Assembly: GCF_006345805.1 (NCBI RefSeq)
Contig: NC_043003.1
Coordinates: 20,088,001 to 20,152,000 of the forward strand
DNA: 64,000 bases
Direction of reading: 5' to 3'
From: Octopus sinensis
Lineage: Eukaryota
Both the position numbers and the translations under genes were made by a program. The notes below the pieces were generated by a model. The model saw nothing but the letters and a program-made list of their open reading frames with translations, ran no database searches and was not told where the DNA came from. Positions 41,173-54,425 of the stretch are shown in pieces (the stretch's first letter is position 1; each line of letters opens with the position of its first letter).

Positions 41173-41841
41173 AATTTTCTTATAGTAACCGTTAATAGAA
41201 TGAAATTGTTCCATTCGTGGCTATCACATTTTATTAATGCAAAATTTTCCAACACTTACTGACCCGTCACTTTAAAACAAAATTCCAAGATTTTTTCCCA
41301 TTGTTTTAACCAATATTTGATAAATTGATGAAAGATTTCTGATTCCTTAGAGACCTGACTGTTGAAAGTTGTATAATTTGTTCTATTGGATTGATCGAAG
41401 AGTAAGAGATATTAAACAGATCACAAGACAAACACAGAAAACTTTGTATTTAGTGCTTTCGTTTGAAAATCGTTACCTGTTAAGTATAGAGTCCTATTCA
41501 TTGTTCATGCGACTGGCTTTTTAACAAGCATTGTCCGCGCCTTAATCGACATTCGACATTGTATGGTCAGACTTTACCGGACTGTTGTCCACAAATATTC
41601 CCATTATTTTCTTATAAGTTTTCGCTTCAGAGGAAAATAACAGCTAGGAACACAATATTTATTATTTAGTTGCATTGATATTGACGTCGTAAAAAAACAT
41701 GCGGCTATATGGTAATATCTTCAAAGTAGTTTCAATAGCATTATGACTGACGAAATAATACAGATTTAAGCACTCTGAAAAATTCGTAATAATGGAATTT
41801 CACCTATACATACATTGTAGATATGTTTGTATGCATGTATG

Positions 41842-41906
<65 letters not shown>

Positions 41907-42034
41907 TATATACATACATATATGCATATCTATATGTATGTATTATGCATATATACACATGTACACATACGTGAAATTCCGTTATAATTAATGCAAAATT
42001 AATAAATACACACACGTATGCATATATATATACA

Positions 42035-42405
42035 CTTTTATTCTTTTACTTGTTTCAGTCATTTGACTGTGGCCATGCTGGTGCATCGCTTTTAGTCGAG
42101 CAAATCGACCCCAGGACTTATTCTTTGTAGGTCTAGTACTTATTCTATCGGTCTCTTGTGGCGAACCGCTAGGTTACGGGGTCGTAAACACACCTGCATC
42201 GGTTGTCAAGCGATGTTGGGGGGACAAACGCAGACACGCAAGCATACACACACACATATACGACAGGCTTCTTTCAGTTTCCGTCTACCAGATCCACTCA
42301 CAAGGCTTTGGTCGGCCCAAGGCTATAGTAGAAGACACTTGCCCAAGTGCCACGCAGTGGGACTGAACTCAGAATCAAGCTACTTACCACACATCTACTT
42401 CTACG

Positions 42406-42408
<3 letters not shown>
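42035..42408 (-). mobile_element. SINE family A
   Basis: Collinear with 52511-52937. Confidence 0.92.
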
Positions 42409-42471
<63 letters not shown>

Positions 42472-43411
42472 TATACATACTCACATATATATATCGTAAA
42501 CGTACTCTTATATATATGTATGCATATATACACAGCCATATATAGTGTGTATGTGCAAATATAATCATTGACACGTTGTTATGAAAATCGCTGTATCTCA
42601 ACGGACGGTAAGTCATGAAATCATAAAGAATTGTTGACACATTTTCTATTGTTAGGGGAACGTTCTATACTCGAATTAGTTTCTATTGACGACTGCATTA
42701 GTATGAGCAATTGTTATCGAGGGACATCTAGGTAAACATAGGTCCTTTGAGAGAAACGAAACTCATCTGCCTTGTATTAGGTAATGCATACATACATAAT
42801 TACATACGTACGTACGTACATACACACATACATACATACATACATACATACATACATACATACATACATACATACATACATACATGCATACATGCATATA
42901 TTTGAGATTCTTATGGGAAGAGATACATACGCTTGGGTTTAAGCACCGACAGTTCAGCCAACACACCAACCCAACATATTTACAAACAACAGGATCTCTT
43001 AACTAAAAAAAAATCATGTCGCTTTGTTAGCAACCACCTTGAACTGTCTCAAGGAGAGGTTGAATAAAACTCAAAGAATTATCATACATGCAAGCAAACA
43101 AACAAGCTTGTTAGCAGTTCAGATATGGTTAAGATATATTCGAACATGAAGGAAAGCTATTCACTGCATTTTGTCACTGAAAAATTTCTCGCTGTAGACA
43201 AATAGGTGTAAACGTCGAAATGCGTTCACCGATCGATCTGGGCAGAGAGCGTTTCGAACTGATAAAATCCAGGGAATGACAAACCATAATCGTTATCGTC
43301 ATCATCATCATCATCATCATCATCATCAATCCCAGGACGTTACTGTCTCGAGTTCTAAGTCTCACAGTGTCGGCCACCCACTTTCTAAGGCGTATAAGTA
43401 ACCGACATCAC

Positions 43412-43525
43412 AGCAGTCCTCTTGAATAGAACGCCAGTCCGTGGCAAGTTTACTCCTTTACAGCCGAGTGGATTTGACCAACGTGAATTAGAGTGTTTAT
43501 CTCAAGAACATGACACACCGCCAAG
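43412..43525 (-). mobile_element. Degenerate SINE family C body
   Basis: cgccagtccgtggcaag...cagccgagtggatttgaccaacgtgaa...gtgtttatctcaagaaca is a diverged reverse complement of 54530-54620. Confidence 0.6.
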
Positions 43526-43949
43526 AACTATGACATTTACATTGTCAAAGTAAAGAATTAATTCTAATAAACGCAAAAGTAACTATACCTACAGGCACAT
43601 CTGTTGATCAAACATTTTTTTATACTTACCTAGATACTTTTTGTGAACTACTAAAAGACGATCCCATGACCTGAAGCTGATACACCTAAATATACACATC
43701 TCTTTATGAAGTTCTACATGCATTCTAAACAATAACATGACTTTAAATTTGATTAATAAAATTTCTCCAAAACACCTCGCAATCACTACACACCCTGCAA
43801 TCTAATTACTGAAACCTTCTTACCTGAGGAAATTTTTTTATCTCAACAGAGATTATATAATGCCAAGACTAACTTCAATGCAACACTCTGACGTTGTCTT
43901 AGACGGTCAAAACTTCGAAGTCACTGTCAATGAGATGGATAAGGATATA

Positions 43950-43989
<40 letters not shown>

Positions 43990-44329
43990 GTATATATATA
44001 TATATGTGTGTGTGTATGTATATACACACATATATACATACTTATAAACATTTATGTATGCATGTAAATATATATGCTTGTGTGTGAGTATTCACAGATA
44101 TACGTTTATACATACACACACACATATGACTTTATAATATTTTACATTATATATATATATGTGTGTGTGTGAGAGAGAGAAAGAAAGAAAGAGTGAGAGA
44201 AAGAGAGAAAGGGAAGAATGTGTGTTATTGTGTGTGTGTGTGTTATGTGTGTGTGTATGTGTGTGTGTATATGTTGTGGTCTGGACTATTTGTTTGAATA
44301 TTCATTGTGTTTCGTGATCAAGTGTAAAT

Positions 44330-45160
44330 TCTATTCTGAGTTAAAATTTTACCACACAAATTTTTTCATGCGTGAGGTCATTCTGTCTATGTTAGTACAG
44401 CCATTTACTGGCATGTTTGGTGTTGACGTATGTGATACCTCTGTTATTTCATATCTGATTGTTTATGTCTGGAAACGGAATCATTGTAGTGCTTCTAGAC
44501 ATATTTGTGTTCTTGTATTTTATTTTTGTACGGAACACTTTACTAGGTCTTCGTTTAAATTCCCGACATCTTACAGCGTGTCCTTTATAACGAGTATATC
44601 GACCACCTTCCTTGCATATACTTTTGTTTCTGCTTTAGTAACACTATGATCTCTATTATATCCACACAGACCAACGCAAAAGTAAGTTCTAAGGGAGAAC
44701 CCATGGCTAGTCTATCTGAGTGCTGTGTAGTTTATATCTCAATTAGTGAGAAGTTTTCTTTTACAAAACACTTTTTTATTTTCAGTATGTTAACTGCAAT
44801 AGTGGTTGATTTATCATTGGTTATTTGAACACGTTACTAACAATGGTTTCTTTGGTTTCGCCACCAGAAATTTGATAAGCTTTCTACATCTGAGATAGAT
44901 ATGTTTACCTATTTCGTTGGTTTCTACTAATTGAGATCTTTTGGAATTCTTCAGATGACCTTTTACTATATTATACTGGTGTCTATTGTTTGATAATGTT
45001 GCATAATTATTTAATGATTCTGTATTTTCGTATGTTTATTTGAGAAGCTATGGCTCAAAAACATTTGTTTCGTCTATTTCTTTCTATTGTTCCATAAATC
45101 TGATAGGGCAAGTTTAATTTCATTACAGGGAAATGAATGGGATCATATTTGAATATTTCT
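44330..45160 (-). pseudogene. Penelope-type reverse transcriptase remnant
   Basis: Ordered motifs SDVESLSNF (cf. SLDVESLFTN), DRLAMGSPLELTFA (cf. DGLAMGSPL) and YARKVVDILVI (cf. YxRYVDDIF) with frameshifts. Confidence 0.75.
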
Positions 45161-45257
45161 TGCCGTTGTTGTTGTCTTACTGAACTTTTACAAATTTGCT
45201 GTTGCTGTTGAGTAAACGTAGACTAGATTTCCTCAAACCACAGCAGAATATTAATAA

Positions 45258-45622
45258 TCTATATATATATAAACGGCAAAATGTCTGTCTGTGTGTGTGT
45301 CCTTTATACAAATCCACAATTTTAAAGTTAGAGGGCTCGCACTTTCTATGGTCATTCAAAACCGTCCAAGGATGGTCGTGCATATCTTTACATTTCCCCA
45401 GTAACCCCGCAAAGCCATTAAAAAATCAATAGAAATGACTTTTTTGTGAATTTTCTATCCCAAACCCAATAGAAATGCCCGAAACTTGATACGCCAACTG
45501 AATGTCAGCTAGCTGTATGCGATTGATCGGAGATTTGGACAGTACTCGCGTGTATGTGCGCACGCAGCTGTATATGCATGCACTAGCACTATGACCCCGG
45601 CATTGCCGGGTCATAGTGCTAG
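45258..45622 (+). mobile_element. Non-autonomous Helitron
   Basis: Starts TC after A, has (TA)n and ctgtctgtgtgt near the 5' end, GC-rich subterminal hairpin cggcattgccg, ends CTAG before T; no TSD. Confidence 0.8.
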
Positions 45623-45889
45623 TGTACAACTAAAACATTAAAATTAAAAACCTTCTTATCGATAGCAAGCCTCCGTGCATGTAACTCCACGATCTAGTTA
45701 TGAACAATGATTTAAATATTTGATTGCAAGCGCGAAAGGTGTAAAACTCAGTAGAAATATGACTCAGGCCATACAAGTTTGACATTCGTGCACCGCTTCA
45801 CCATTCGCTAAAAATAAGAAGAAACCGCACTCTGTATATACACACACTCACACACGCACGCACACACACATATATATATATATATGATG

Positions 45890-46070
45890 CAGCACGGATT
45901 TTTGTCAGTGAACAGATCGCGGATTTTAGCGACGAAAATATTTTGAAAAATTAAACTTAAATGTTGAAGTGAATCGAACGGCTTTTGTGTGTTTCTTAAA
46001 TAGCTTACAAACACCTTCCACGCTGCAATTGTTTTCGTTTCAGCACACGAACTCAGATCAAACCACTTGC
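45890..46070 (+). mobile_element. (TA)n-embedded repeat, probable Penelope pLTR; second copy at 57260-57482
   Basis: ttgaagtgaatc...aaacaccttccacgctgcaattgtttt...cacttgctatgcgagtacatctccg shared with 57260-57482. Confidence 0.75.
45901..45950 (+). ncRNA. Hammerhead-like motif, G3-C8 core variant
   Basis: uuuguca-GUGAACA-g-aucgc-ggauuuua-gcgac-GAAA-auau-UU-ugaaaaa; the second copy restores stem I (ugacaaa). Confidence 0.55.
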
Positions 46071-46088
46071 TATGCGAGTACATCTCCG

Positions 46089-46132
<44 letters not shown>

Positions 46133-46384
46133 GTGCATACTTACACACACACACACGCATATGTGTGTGTGTGCGTGTGCGTACGTACATTCTCCCTTAG
46201 TGCGAGAGTCTTATGCTCAGTTAGCAAGACTGAAGTATGGTGGCTGGTTAAGACGTGTATTTCGCGATTATATCGTTCCGTTTTGTGCTCCAGCATGCGG
46301 CACCATGACCAAAGATTCGAATCGACTAAAACGTTGCGCGTGAGACTGGTTAGATAGAAATTGAGTGGAACTCCATGAAATAAT

Positions 46385-47290
46385 TTGCAGCATTTTTCCT
46401 GGCGTGCTAACGATTTTTGCCAGCTCACCGCCTTAAGCTTATAAACATTAGTTTCAAAGTTTCGCACAAGGCCGGCAATTTCGGAGGTTTAAGTCGAATA
46501 TCTCGACCGCAGTGTTCAACTGGTACATATTTTATCGATCCCAAAAGGATGAATAGCAAAGTCGATCCCGGTGGAATTTGACCTCAGAACGTAAAGACGG
46601 ATGAAATGTCGCTAAGCATTTAGTCCGGTTTAATAACGATTTTGCCAGCTTGCCGCATTCAAATCTACATACATATTAATAAAGGTTTCTAATCGGATAG
46701 CAATTTTGAGGGGAGGGATGTAGTCGATATCATCAACCCAACTGCTTGATCGGTACTTTACTGTATCGACCTTGACAGAATGAAAGGCAAAGGTGGCCTC
46801 GGTGGAATTTGAACTCAACGTAAAGAGCCGGAATAAATACCACAAAGCATTTTTCCATCGAACTCACAATTCTTCCGGTTCACAGCCATTTATAAGCATA
46901 TCAAAAACGCAATCGAGATGTTGCTTCAATCAACGTATTGGACCGTCTCGCACTAGGAGATTATCAACTCTCGAAAGCCTCGTTTCTTACTTCGAGAAAA
47001 CCAGGGATAAGAGAGAAGGCGCGATGCGAACCACAAAACATATCCGGCATTCTAATAAATCCGCGAATCCGCGGCGGTGCATTGTTATACTGTTTATCAA
47101 CTCCGTGAGGATGAACAACAGAGTTGACCCCCACAGGATTTGAACCTAAAGCATTAAAAACCGGAACAAATACAACAAGGTATCCTAACAATAGGCAAAT
47201 TTTGCCGTTTATCGTCCTCGATGGGATTAACAACACAGTCGACCTCCGCGGGATTTGAACCGGAACAAATACCGCTAGGTATTTCATTCT
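46385..47290 (-). mobile_element. Cluster of at least four tandem or fragmentary family B SINEs
   Basis: Repeated ggaatttgaactc / ggatttgaacc, aaagtcga and ttttgccagct motifs. Confidence 0.8.
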
Positions 47291-48125
47291 AACGATAGGT
47301 CAGTTTTGCCATAGTTCTGCTTTAGAATAAGCCACAGAAAAAAAACAACTACATCAAAAAAACTTACCTAATAGCTAACTGTTAAAACGTATATAGTTCA
47401 GTAGTTATTGATCGGTTTAAGGGCGAAAACGTTTTGTTTGCTAAAACATCTAATTTGTAAATGTCATTATTGGACTAACAAATATTTATCTATCAACTAT
47501 TTAATTAGACTAGATCTGACTAGATCTTAATTGTTCAAAACTTGTTTATTTAATTTGCTTTCTGTTTATTAGATACTGACAAGAATGTTAACGTTTGAAT
47601 CGTGTAATTGGTTCGAGGAGTTTGATTGCTGCTTGTTCGCTTTATTGTTCCCATAATTTGGAGTAGTAGGATAAGGCAGAATCATCGGAAGTATTGCTGC
47701 TGCTTCAGCTTTGGCAACAAGACGGAATGAGGACGGAGATATTTATGAGGTTGATTGATCTGCTGGTAGTAATTATTTATGATTTTTGGCACGAGGCGAG
47801 CAATTTTGAGAGGAAGGGATGTCGACTACATCAACCCTTGTGCTCAAATGGTACTTATTTTACTGACTCCCGAAAGGATGAAAAACAAATTTCTGTTCTG
47901 AGTCAGCTTTGCTTTTCATATCTTCAGAGTTAATGAAATAAATACTAAACAGGTGTTGTTTAATCAAATGTCACTATTGCCAGATATTTGTGAACTTGTG
48001 TCTATGTGGATTAGCATTATTTGAGCACAGAACGTAAGGAGCTGGCAGATGTATCACTAAGGATATTGTCCGGTGAGCAAACGACTCTGCCATAACTGGC
48101 TTTGATATGTTAGAAATAATGTTTT

Positions 48126-48543
48126 AAGGCGGTGGGCTGGCAGAATCGTTAGCACACCGGGCGAAATGCATAGCCGTATTTTGTCTGTCGTTACGTTCTG
48201 AGTTCAATTTCCGCCGAGGTCGACTTTGCCTTTCATCCTTTCGGTGTCGATTAAATAAGTACCAGTTATTCACTGGGGTCGATATAATCGACTTAATCCG
48301 TTTGTCTGTCCTTGTTTGTCCTCTCTGTGTTTAGCCCCTTGTGGGTAATACAGAAATAGGTATTTCGTCCGCCGCTACGTTCTGATTTCAAATTCTGCCG
48401 AGGTCGACTTTGCCTTTCATCCTTTCGGGTCGATTAAATAAGTATCATTTACGCACTGGAGTCGATGTAATCGACTTAATCCGTTTGTCTGTTCTTGTTT
48501 GTCCCCTCTATGTTTAACCCCTTGTGGGAAAAAAAAAAGAAAT
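48126..48543 (+). mobile_element. SINE family B, dimeric form
   Basis: Same two-module layout as 13573-13984. Confidence 0.93.
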
Positions 48544-48547
48544 AATG

Positions 48548-48738
48548 TTTTCTAATTTTGGTACAAAGCCAGCAATTTTGAAGGGATGATGCCAATTACA
48601 TCAACCCAAATGCTCAACTGGTACTTATTTTACCACCCCTGAAATGATAGACCCCAATGGCATTTGAACTCAGACCGTAATGAACCAGAAGACATGTTAT
48701 TAAGCACTTTGTCTTGCGATTCTGCCACCTCGCCACCT
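48548..48738 (-). mobile_element. SINE family B, tail-to-tail with the previous copy
   Basis: caactggtacttatttt...catttgaactcagacc...ttctgccacctcgccacctt. Confidence 0.78.
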
Positions 48739-49299
48739 TTGATCTGCAAGAAACAATACTAGCGAAGCCTCTCTCGAATCACATCGTATTCTTTACAAAG
48801 AATATAGGAGCGACACGTTGGGTAGTGAGATATTAGATTCACTATGGTTTAAAATAAGATGGACTAGTCAGGGCCTTTGATCCTAGGTTATACTCGTCAG
48901 CGTTGACGTGGGATGAATGCCAACTACAACAGTTACAGTATGTCTGCTATTTGTGCGAAGTACTGAAGATCAGAATATGAAATCAAGACTCATCTATCGG
49001 CAGGCCTGCGCATAACAGTTTCACTTACAAATGCTCAATCCAAACAAGGTATGAACGCATAGTACTTTGAAATAGCAGCTAAATTACTCTCAAACTCTAT
49101 TGTTTTAAAAATAGAAGACCTGTATCCAGATACTGTTTCTTGTTTGCTTGTTTTTAATGAAAGGATGATATCATCCTCAACGTCTTTAATCAATAGGTCT
49201 ATGAATCAGGACTGATCTGGGGTCAAACACCAAAATGAAAACCTCATTATTAACAACAACTATACTGTATTTTCATTATAACATACTATTATCTATCTA

Positions 49300-49362
<63 letters not shown>

Positions 49363-49391
49363 ATGTGTAGACAGAGACACATATGCATATA

Positions 49392-50249
49392 CTGGGTGCA
49401 GCAAAATGATCTGACATACTTGTAGGTTTAATAAAAGCGAAATAGAGTAAAGAACAAAAAATGTGCTTTTATTTTCGAAATGTGCATATAATGCCATTTT
49501 GCTTAATTTGGTTTTAAAAATTAAATCACTCAAGTGGGTGCCGTTACTGCCCACACACTGTCGAAGCGGTCGCGAAAGTTGTCCATAACTCGACGGGCGA
49601 TTTCATGTGGAATGGCAGTAATTTCTTGACGAATGACATCCTTTAATTGTTCAATAGATCTAGGGCGATGAGTGTATACCTCTAATTTCAAGCATCTCCA
49701 CAGAAAAAAAATCGCACGGGTTCAAATCAGATGATCGGATAAGCTAAACGATATCACCGCGCAATGAGATCAAATGGCCGGGGAACATCTCCCTCAAAAT
49801 CTCAATCGCACTTCGAGAAGTGTGGGCTGTTGCCCCATGCTGTTGAAACCAAGCATTGGCCTTATCGTAAAGTTCATTCAATTTGGGTTTCAGAAACGTC
49901 TCTAGCATCACACAATATCGATCAGAGTTCACACTCACTGTAACATTGTCTTCGAAGAAGTACCCACCCCAAATGCCAAATTCTGCTGATGCAGAATTGC
50001 GAGTAGGTACGAGATCGTGTCTACCAAGCCTGGAGTGTACACGGAACGCTCATTTTGTTGCAATTACGGATTCGTTGTTCTTGGTAAGTGTTTCCATTGA
50101 AAACGAATTCAAACTAAATGTCACAAATGGCACCAATTGAAACAAAATGGAATTATGTGTACATTTCGAAAATAAAAACATTTTTCGTTCTTTGCTGTAT
50201 TTCACTTTATTAAACCTACAAATCTGTCAGATCATTATGCCACACCCTG
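49392..50249 (-). mobile_element. Internally deleted Tc1/mariner DD41D (rosa-type) transposon with ~115-bp TIRs
   Basis: WFQQHGATAHT...RSSDLNPCDFF with 41 residues between the second and third catalytic positions; TIRs 49392-~49510 and ~50133-50249; TA at 49390-49391 and 50250-50251. Confidence 0.9.
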
Positions 50250-50599
50250 TATGTATATACACACACATACATACACACATACACGTGATACTATTTGTGT
50301 AGGACGATGAAATTAATTAAACAATTTATCTTGATGAAAGCACTCTCAGTAGATAGAAGATTAGTTGCATTGATTTATATGTATCATCAAGGAATTCATA
50401 ATTTCTTCTTGTCTCACCAACAGACGAATTTGAATTAAACAGTGCAAGAAATAAAGATAGCTTATGACTAATTCGTTTTATCATTGGTTTTCTCTGAGCA
50501 GGCCTCATATATGGTTGTGCTCTTCCCTATTTAGTAGCATAAGTGTAATTTGCATATATTTTAGCTGTCATATCTAGCATTCCCAGCGACAACGCATGT

Positions 50600-51750
50600 T
50601 CACCTTAGTGGCTCATTTTTGTATTGTGTTTCTCACTTGTTTACTCATTTAGTGTATGAGAGGCCTTCACTGGCTCGTTCTGTGTATAAAGTCTCATTTC
50701 ATTGATCCATTCATTGTATCGTGTCTCTTCTTCTTTGACTCAATGTGCAGTAGCCCTTCGTTGACTTATTTATTGTGCAATGTCTCTCATTTGTTTACAC
50801 ATTTAATATATAGAAGCTCCTCATTGGATCGTTCGCTCTGTCACTGTATAATGTCACACATTTTACTCATTCTGTGTATAGACCCCCTACACCCAATTAA
50901 TTCGTTCGTGGTGTAGCGGGACCCATACCCTTTGGCTCATTCATTGTCTAGTACAGTGGTTCCCAAACTATGTTTTGCCTATGGACCCCTTTGGTTCATA
51001 CTTTACTCAGATGGACCCCCATAGCCATTCGATATTTGAAATAAAAACATATTTTAATAATTAGATATTATTCGGAATTGTAAAAAAATATTAAAATATT
51101 TTATGCATTGTGTAAACAATAACCACCTTTAGCAACAAAAAAATCTTATGTGGACTCCCGTTGAGAACTATTGGACTAGTGTATCCCTTTTGTTTCTTCA
51201 TTCAGTATATAAAAAACCCTCATCGCTTGTTTCGTGTATAGAGACTCACCTCGTTCGCTCTAGTGTACACCTTTTACTCATTGAATGCATGGAAGCTTCT
51301 CATTGATGAATCAGTGTATAGTCTCTCCTTCATTTACTCATACAGTGTACGGAAAGCCGTCATTGGCTCATTAAGTGTATGGAGGCTGACCTCGTTGGCT
51401 CATTCATTGTAAAATGGTTCCACTTCCTTTACTCACGCAGTCTATAGAAGCTCTTTGTTGACTCCTTCAGTGTATAGTGTCTGCTCTTAGTTTACATTGG
51501 CGAATTCGGTGTATACTGTCGCCCTCTTCGTTTACTTCTTATTCAATGCATAGAAGCTTCTGGTTGGATCGTTCAGTGTGTAGAACCCAGCTTCATTGGC
51601 ACATACAATATTCTGAAAATTCCTCTATTTCGTTGACTCATTCGGTATGTAGAGGTATCCATGGATATTTGCGCGTATAGCAATCGCCTCACCTCGCTAG
51701 TGATTATTTCAGTACATAGAATATTTTGCCTCGTTGATTCATTTTATGTA
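50600..51750. repeat. Ancient degenerate minisatellite (~30-35-bp units with t(g/t)(g/a)ctcattcagtgtatag-like core)
   Basis: Recurrent ttggctcatt / tttactcatt / ttgactcatt followed by agtgtata-like words throughout. Confidence 0.7.
50954..51173. mobile_element. hAT (Charlie/Buster-like) MITE
   Basis: TIRs cagtggttcccaa / ttgagaactattg; 8-bp flanks gtctagta and gactagtg (6/8 match, central CTAG). Confidence 0.7.
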
Positions 51751-51887
51751 GAACGCTGACATGTTCCCCAAATACGTAAGTTAGCATTTCCTGGTACAAA
51801 TATAAAAGGATGTAATGGAACATCTGACTGTACCCGTCCCTTGAATATTACTGCTACGAAATTAAATCCATTCATGAAAGTTCTAAA

Positions 51888-52336
51888 ATATTGGTTTCAA
51901 ATTTTTGTACAAGGACAACTACCTCGGAGAGGGTTGAGTAGATTACATTGACCCCAGTGTTCAATTAGTACTTATTTTATCAACTCCCAGAGGATGAGGG
52001 GTAAAGTCGACTTCGGCCGAATTTGAACTCAGAACGTAAAGACAGACGAAATGCCGCTAAGCAGTTTTCCCGGCATGCCAACGATTCTGCCAGCTCGTCG
52101 CCTTAATGGTCTGAAATATTGGTTTCAAATATTGGCACAAGGCCAGCCATTTTCGGGAAAAGGGATAGTCGATTACATAGATCCCAATGCTTAACTGACA
52201 CTTATTTCATCGACCCCGAAAGGATAAAAGGCAAAGTCGACCTCGGTGGAATTTGAACTCAGAACGTAGAGACGGACGAAATGCCGCTAAGTATTTTGCC
52301 CGGCTTGCCAACGATTCGGCCAGCTCGCTGCGTTAA
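51888..52336 (-). mobile_element. Two head-to-tail family B SINEs
   Basis: Units ~51888-52105 and ~52117-52336, each starting aatattggtttcaaat and ending gccagctcg..g..ttaa. Confidence 0.9.
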
Positions 52337-52510
52337 GGTTCTGAGATTTTAAGTTGACGATGTTATTTGTATTTTGGAACATAGAGAATCGAACCCGAAA
52401 TACCACAAGCCGATTAATTCCTCACTCTTGTTTCTGCGAATTCAATACGAGCCTAAGGTAAATGAATATTTCACGATCTAACTAGTAAAGTTGCGGGGGG
52501 GGGTGATCTT

Positions 52511-52937
52511 AGGCGTAGGAGTGGCTGTGTGGTAAGTAGCTTGCTTACGAACCACACGGTTCCGGGTTCAGTCCCACTGCGTGGCACCTTGCTCAAGTGT
52601 CTACTACTATAGCCTCGGGCCGACCAAAGCCTTGTGAGTGGATTTGGTAGACGGAAACTGAAAGAAACCCGTCGTATATATATATATGCATGTGTGTGTG
52701 TGTCTGTGGTTGTTTGTGTGTTTGTGTGTGTTTGTGTGTCTGTGTTTGTCTCCCCAACAACGCTTGACAACCGATGCTGGTGTGTCTACGTCCCCGTAAC
52801 TTAACGGTTCGGTAAAAGAGACCGATAGAATAAGTACTAGGGTTACAAAGAATAAGTCCTGGGGTCGATTTGCTCGACTAAAGGCGGTGTTCCAGCAAGG
52901 CCACTGTCAAATGACTAAAACAAGTAAGAGTAAAAGT
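52511..52937 (+). mobile_element. SINE family A, full length
   Basis: aggcgtaggagtggctgtgtggtaag...ccgggttcagtcccactg...aaacaagtaagagtaaaa. Confidence 0.94.
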
Positions 52938-53504
52938 GTAATCGACCTGCTAAAGATAAAAACCACTAATAACATCTTTCAATTAACACTCATCCGTCTT
53001 AAAACTGGTTATATACAAGACGTAAGATAATGTATTCTGGATACACTTAGAAAGACGGGATAGTCATAGATTTCCTCGAACAAGGTTAGCCAACGTCTAA
53101 ACAGCAACAAAAACAAAGCGCAACAGTAACAACATCAACAACTGTTTTATAATTTCATTGGAACGATAATAGAGGTGCTGCAATGATTGCAACAATACAC
53201 TGCCGGACAAAACAGCTTGCAGTATTTATAATTATATCAGTTTGCGTGCAGCAATCATAGCCTGCGCAGGATGAGATAGTTTTTCGCTCAGCCAGAGTCG
53301 ATAGAATCTATAGCAGTGTCCATTCAAATAGACTATAGGTCTTCTTCTCAATAAATGTGTAGGCTAATGCCAATATCAGACATCATTAATTATAACAATA
53401 GATGTCGATGTTAATATATTGATTGCAAACATATAAATAAACGCGAAGACTACAGAGTTGAACAGAAGAAGGCGATGGGAGTAGTAAATGATATACATAC
53501 ATAC

Positions 53505-53676
53505 ATACATTCATACATGCATATATATATATGTATATATATATATTTATATATATATACACATATATATATATATGTATATGTATATATATATACACAT
53601 ATATATACATATATATATACATATATATATATATATACATACACATATATATATACATATATACATATATATATAT

Positions 53677-53735
<59 letters not shown>

Positions 53736-53870
53736 TATATATACATATATACATATATATATACATATATATATATGTGTGTGTATATATATATACATAT
53801 ATATTGTCATATATATATACATATATATATATGCAAATATATATATGTGTGTGTGCGCGCGCGCATGTGT
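53505..53870. repeat. Degenerate (TA)n/(TACA) block
   Basis: Direct reading. Confidence 0.95.
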
Positions 53871-54038
53871 GTGGAGGCGCGTGGCTTAGTGGTTAGGGTG
53901 TCAGCACCATGATAGTATGATTGTGGTTTCGGTTCCTGGACCGGCGTCCCGTCCAGGTGGGGAACACATACGCCATAGAAAACGGGAAACCGGGCCCATG
54001 AGTCTGGCTAGGCTTTAAAAAAGGGCGCATTTATTTAT

Positions 54039-54040
<2 letters not shown>
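53871..54040 (+). mobile_element. SINE family C lacking its central domain
   Basis: Head gtggaggcgcgtggcttagtggttagg...ggtttcggttcc joined directly to tail ggcgtcccgtccaggtgggg. Confidence 0.88.
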
Positions 54041-54070
<30 letters not shown>

Positions 54071-54425
54071 CGTGTTTGTGTGTGTGTGTATGTGTGTGTT
54101 TCATACATATTACATATATGTGAGTATGTGTGCGCGTGTGTGTGTGTATGGTGTGTTTTGTGTGTGTGTGTAGGTGATGTACGAATGGTTGAGAGGGTCC
54201 ATGAGATTCCAGGTTCAGTCCTGCATGGAAAAATAGAATTTTCTACGGCTTCGAGCTGACCTGTACCTTATGAGTGGAAATGAGTATGCAGTTTCTACAT
54301 AGTTTCCTTTATATAAGATATTGTACAATACATACATACATACATACATACATACATACATACATACATACACACACTCACATTTATATATTTGCGTATG
54401 TGAGTGTGTGCATATGGGTATAAAT

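Noticed and set aside
43885-43922. Hammerhead relic after a possible GIY-YIG tail (LITETFL..LNRD)
   Set aside because: Both core halves are mutated (cugacgu, aaaa) and the peptide similarity is too weak
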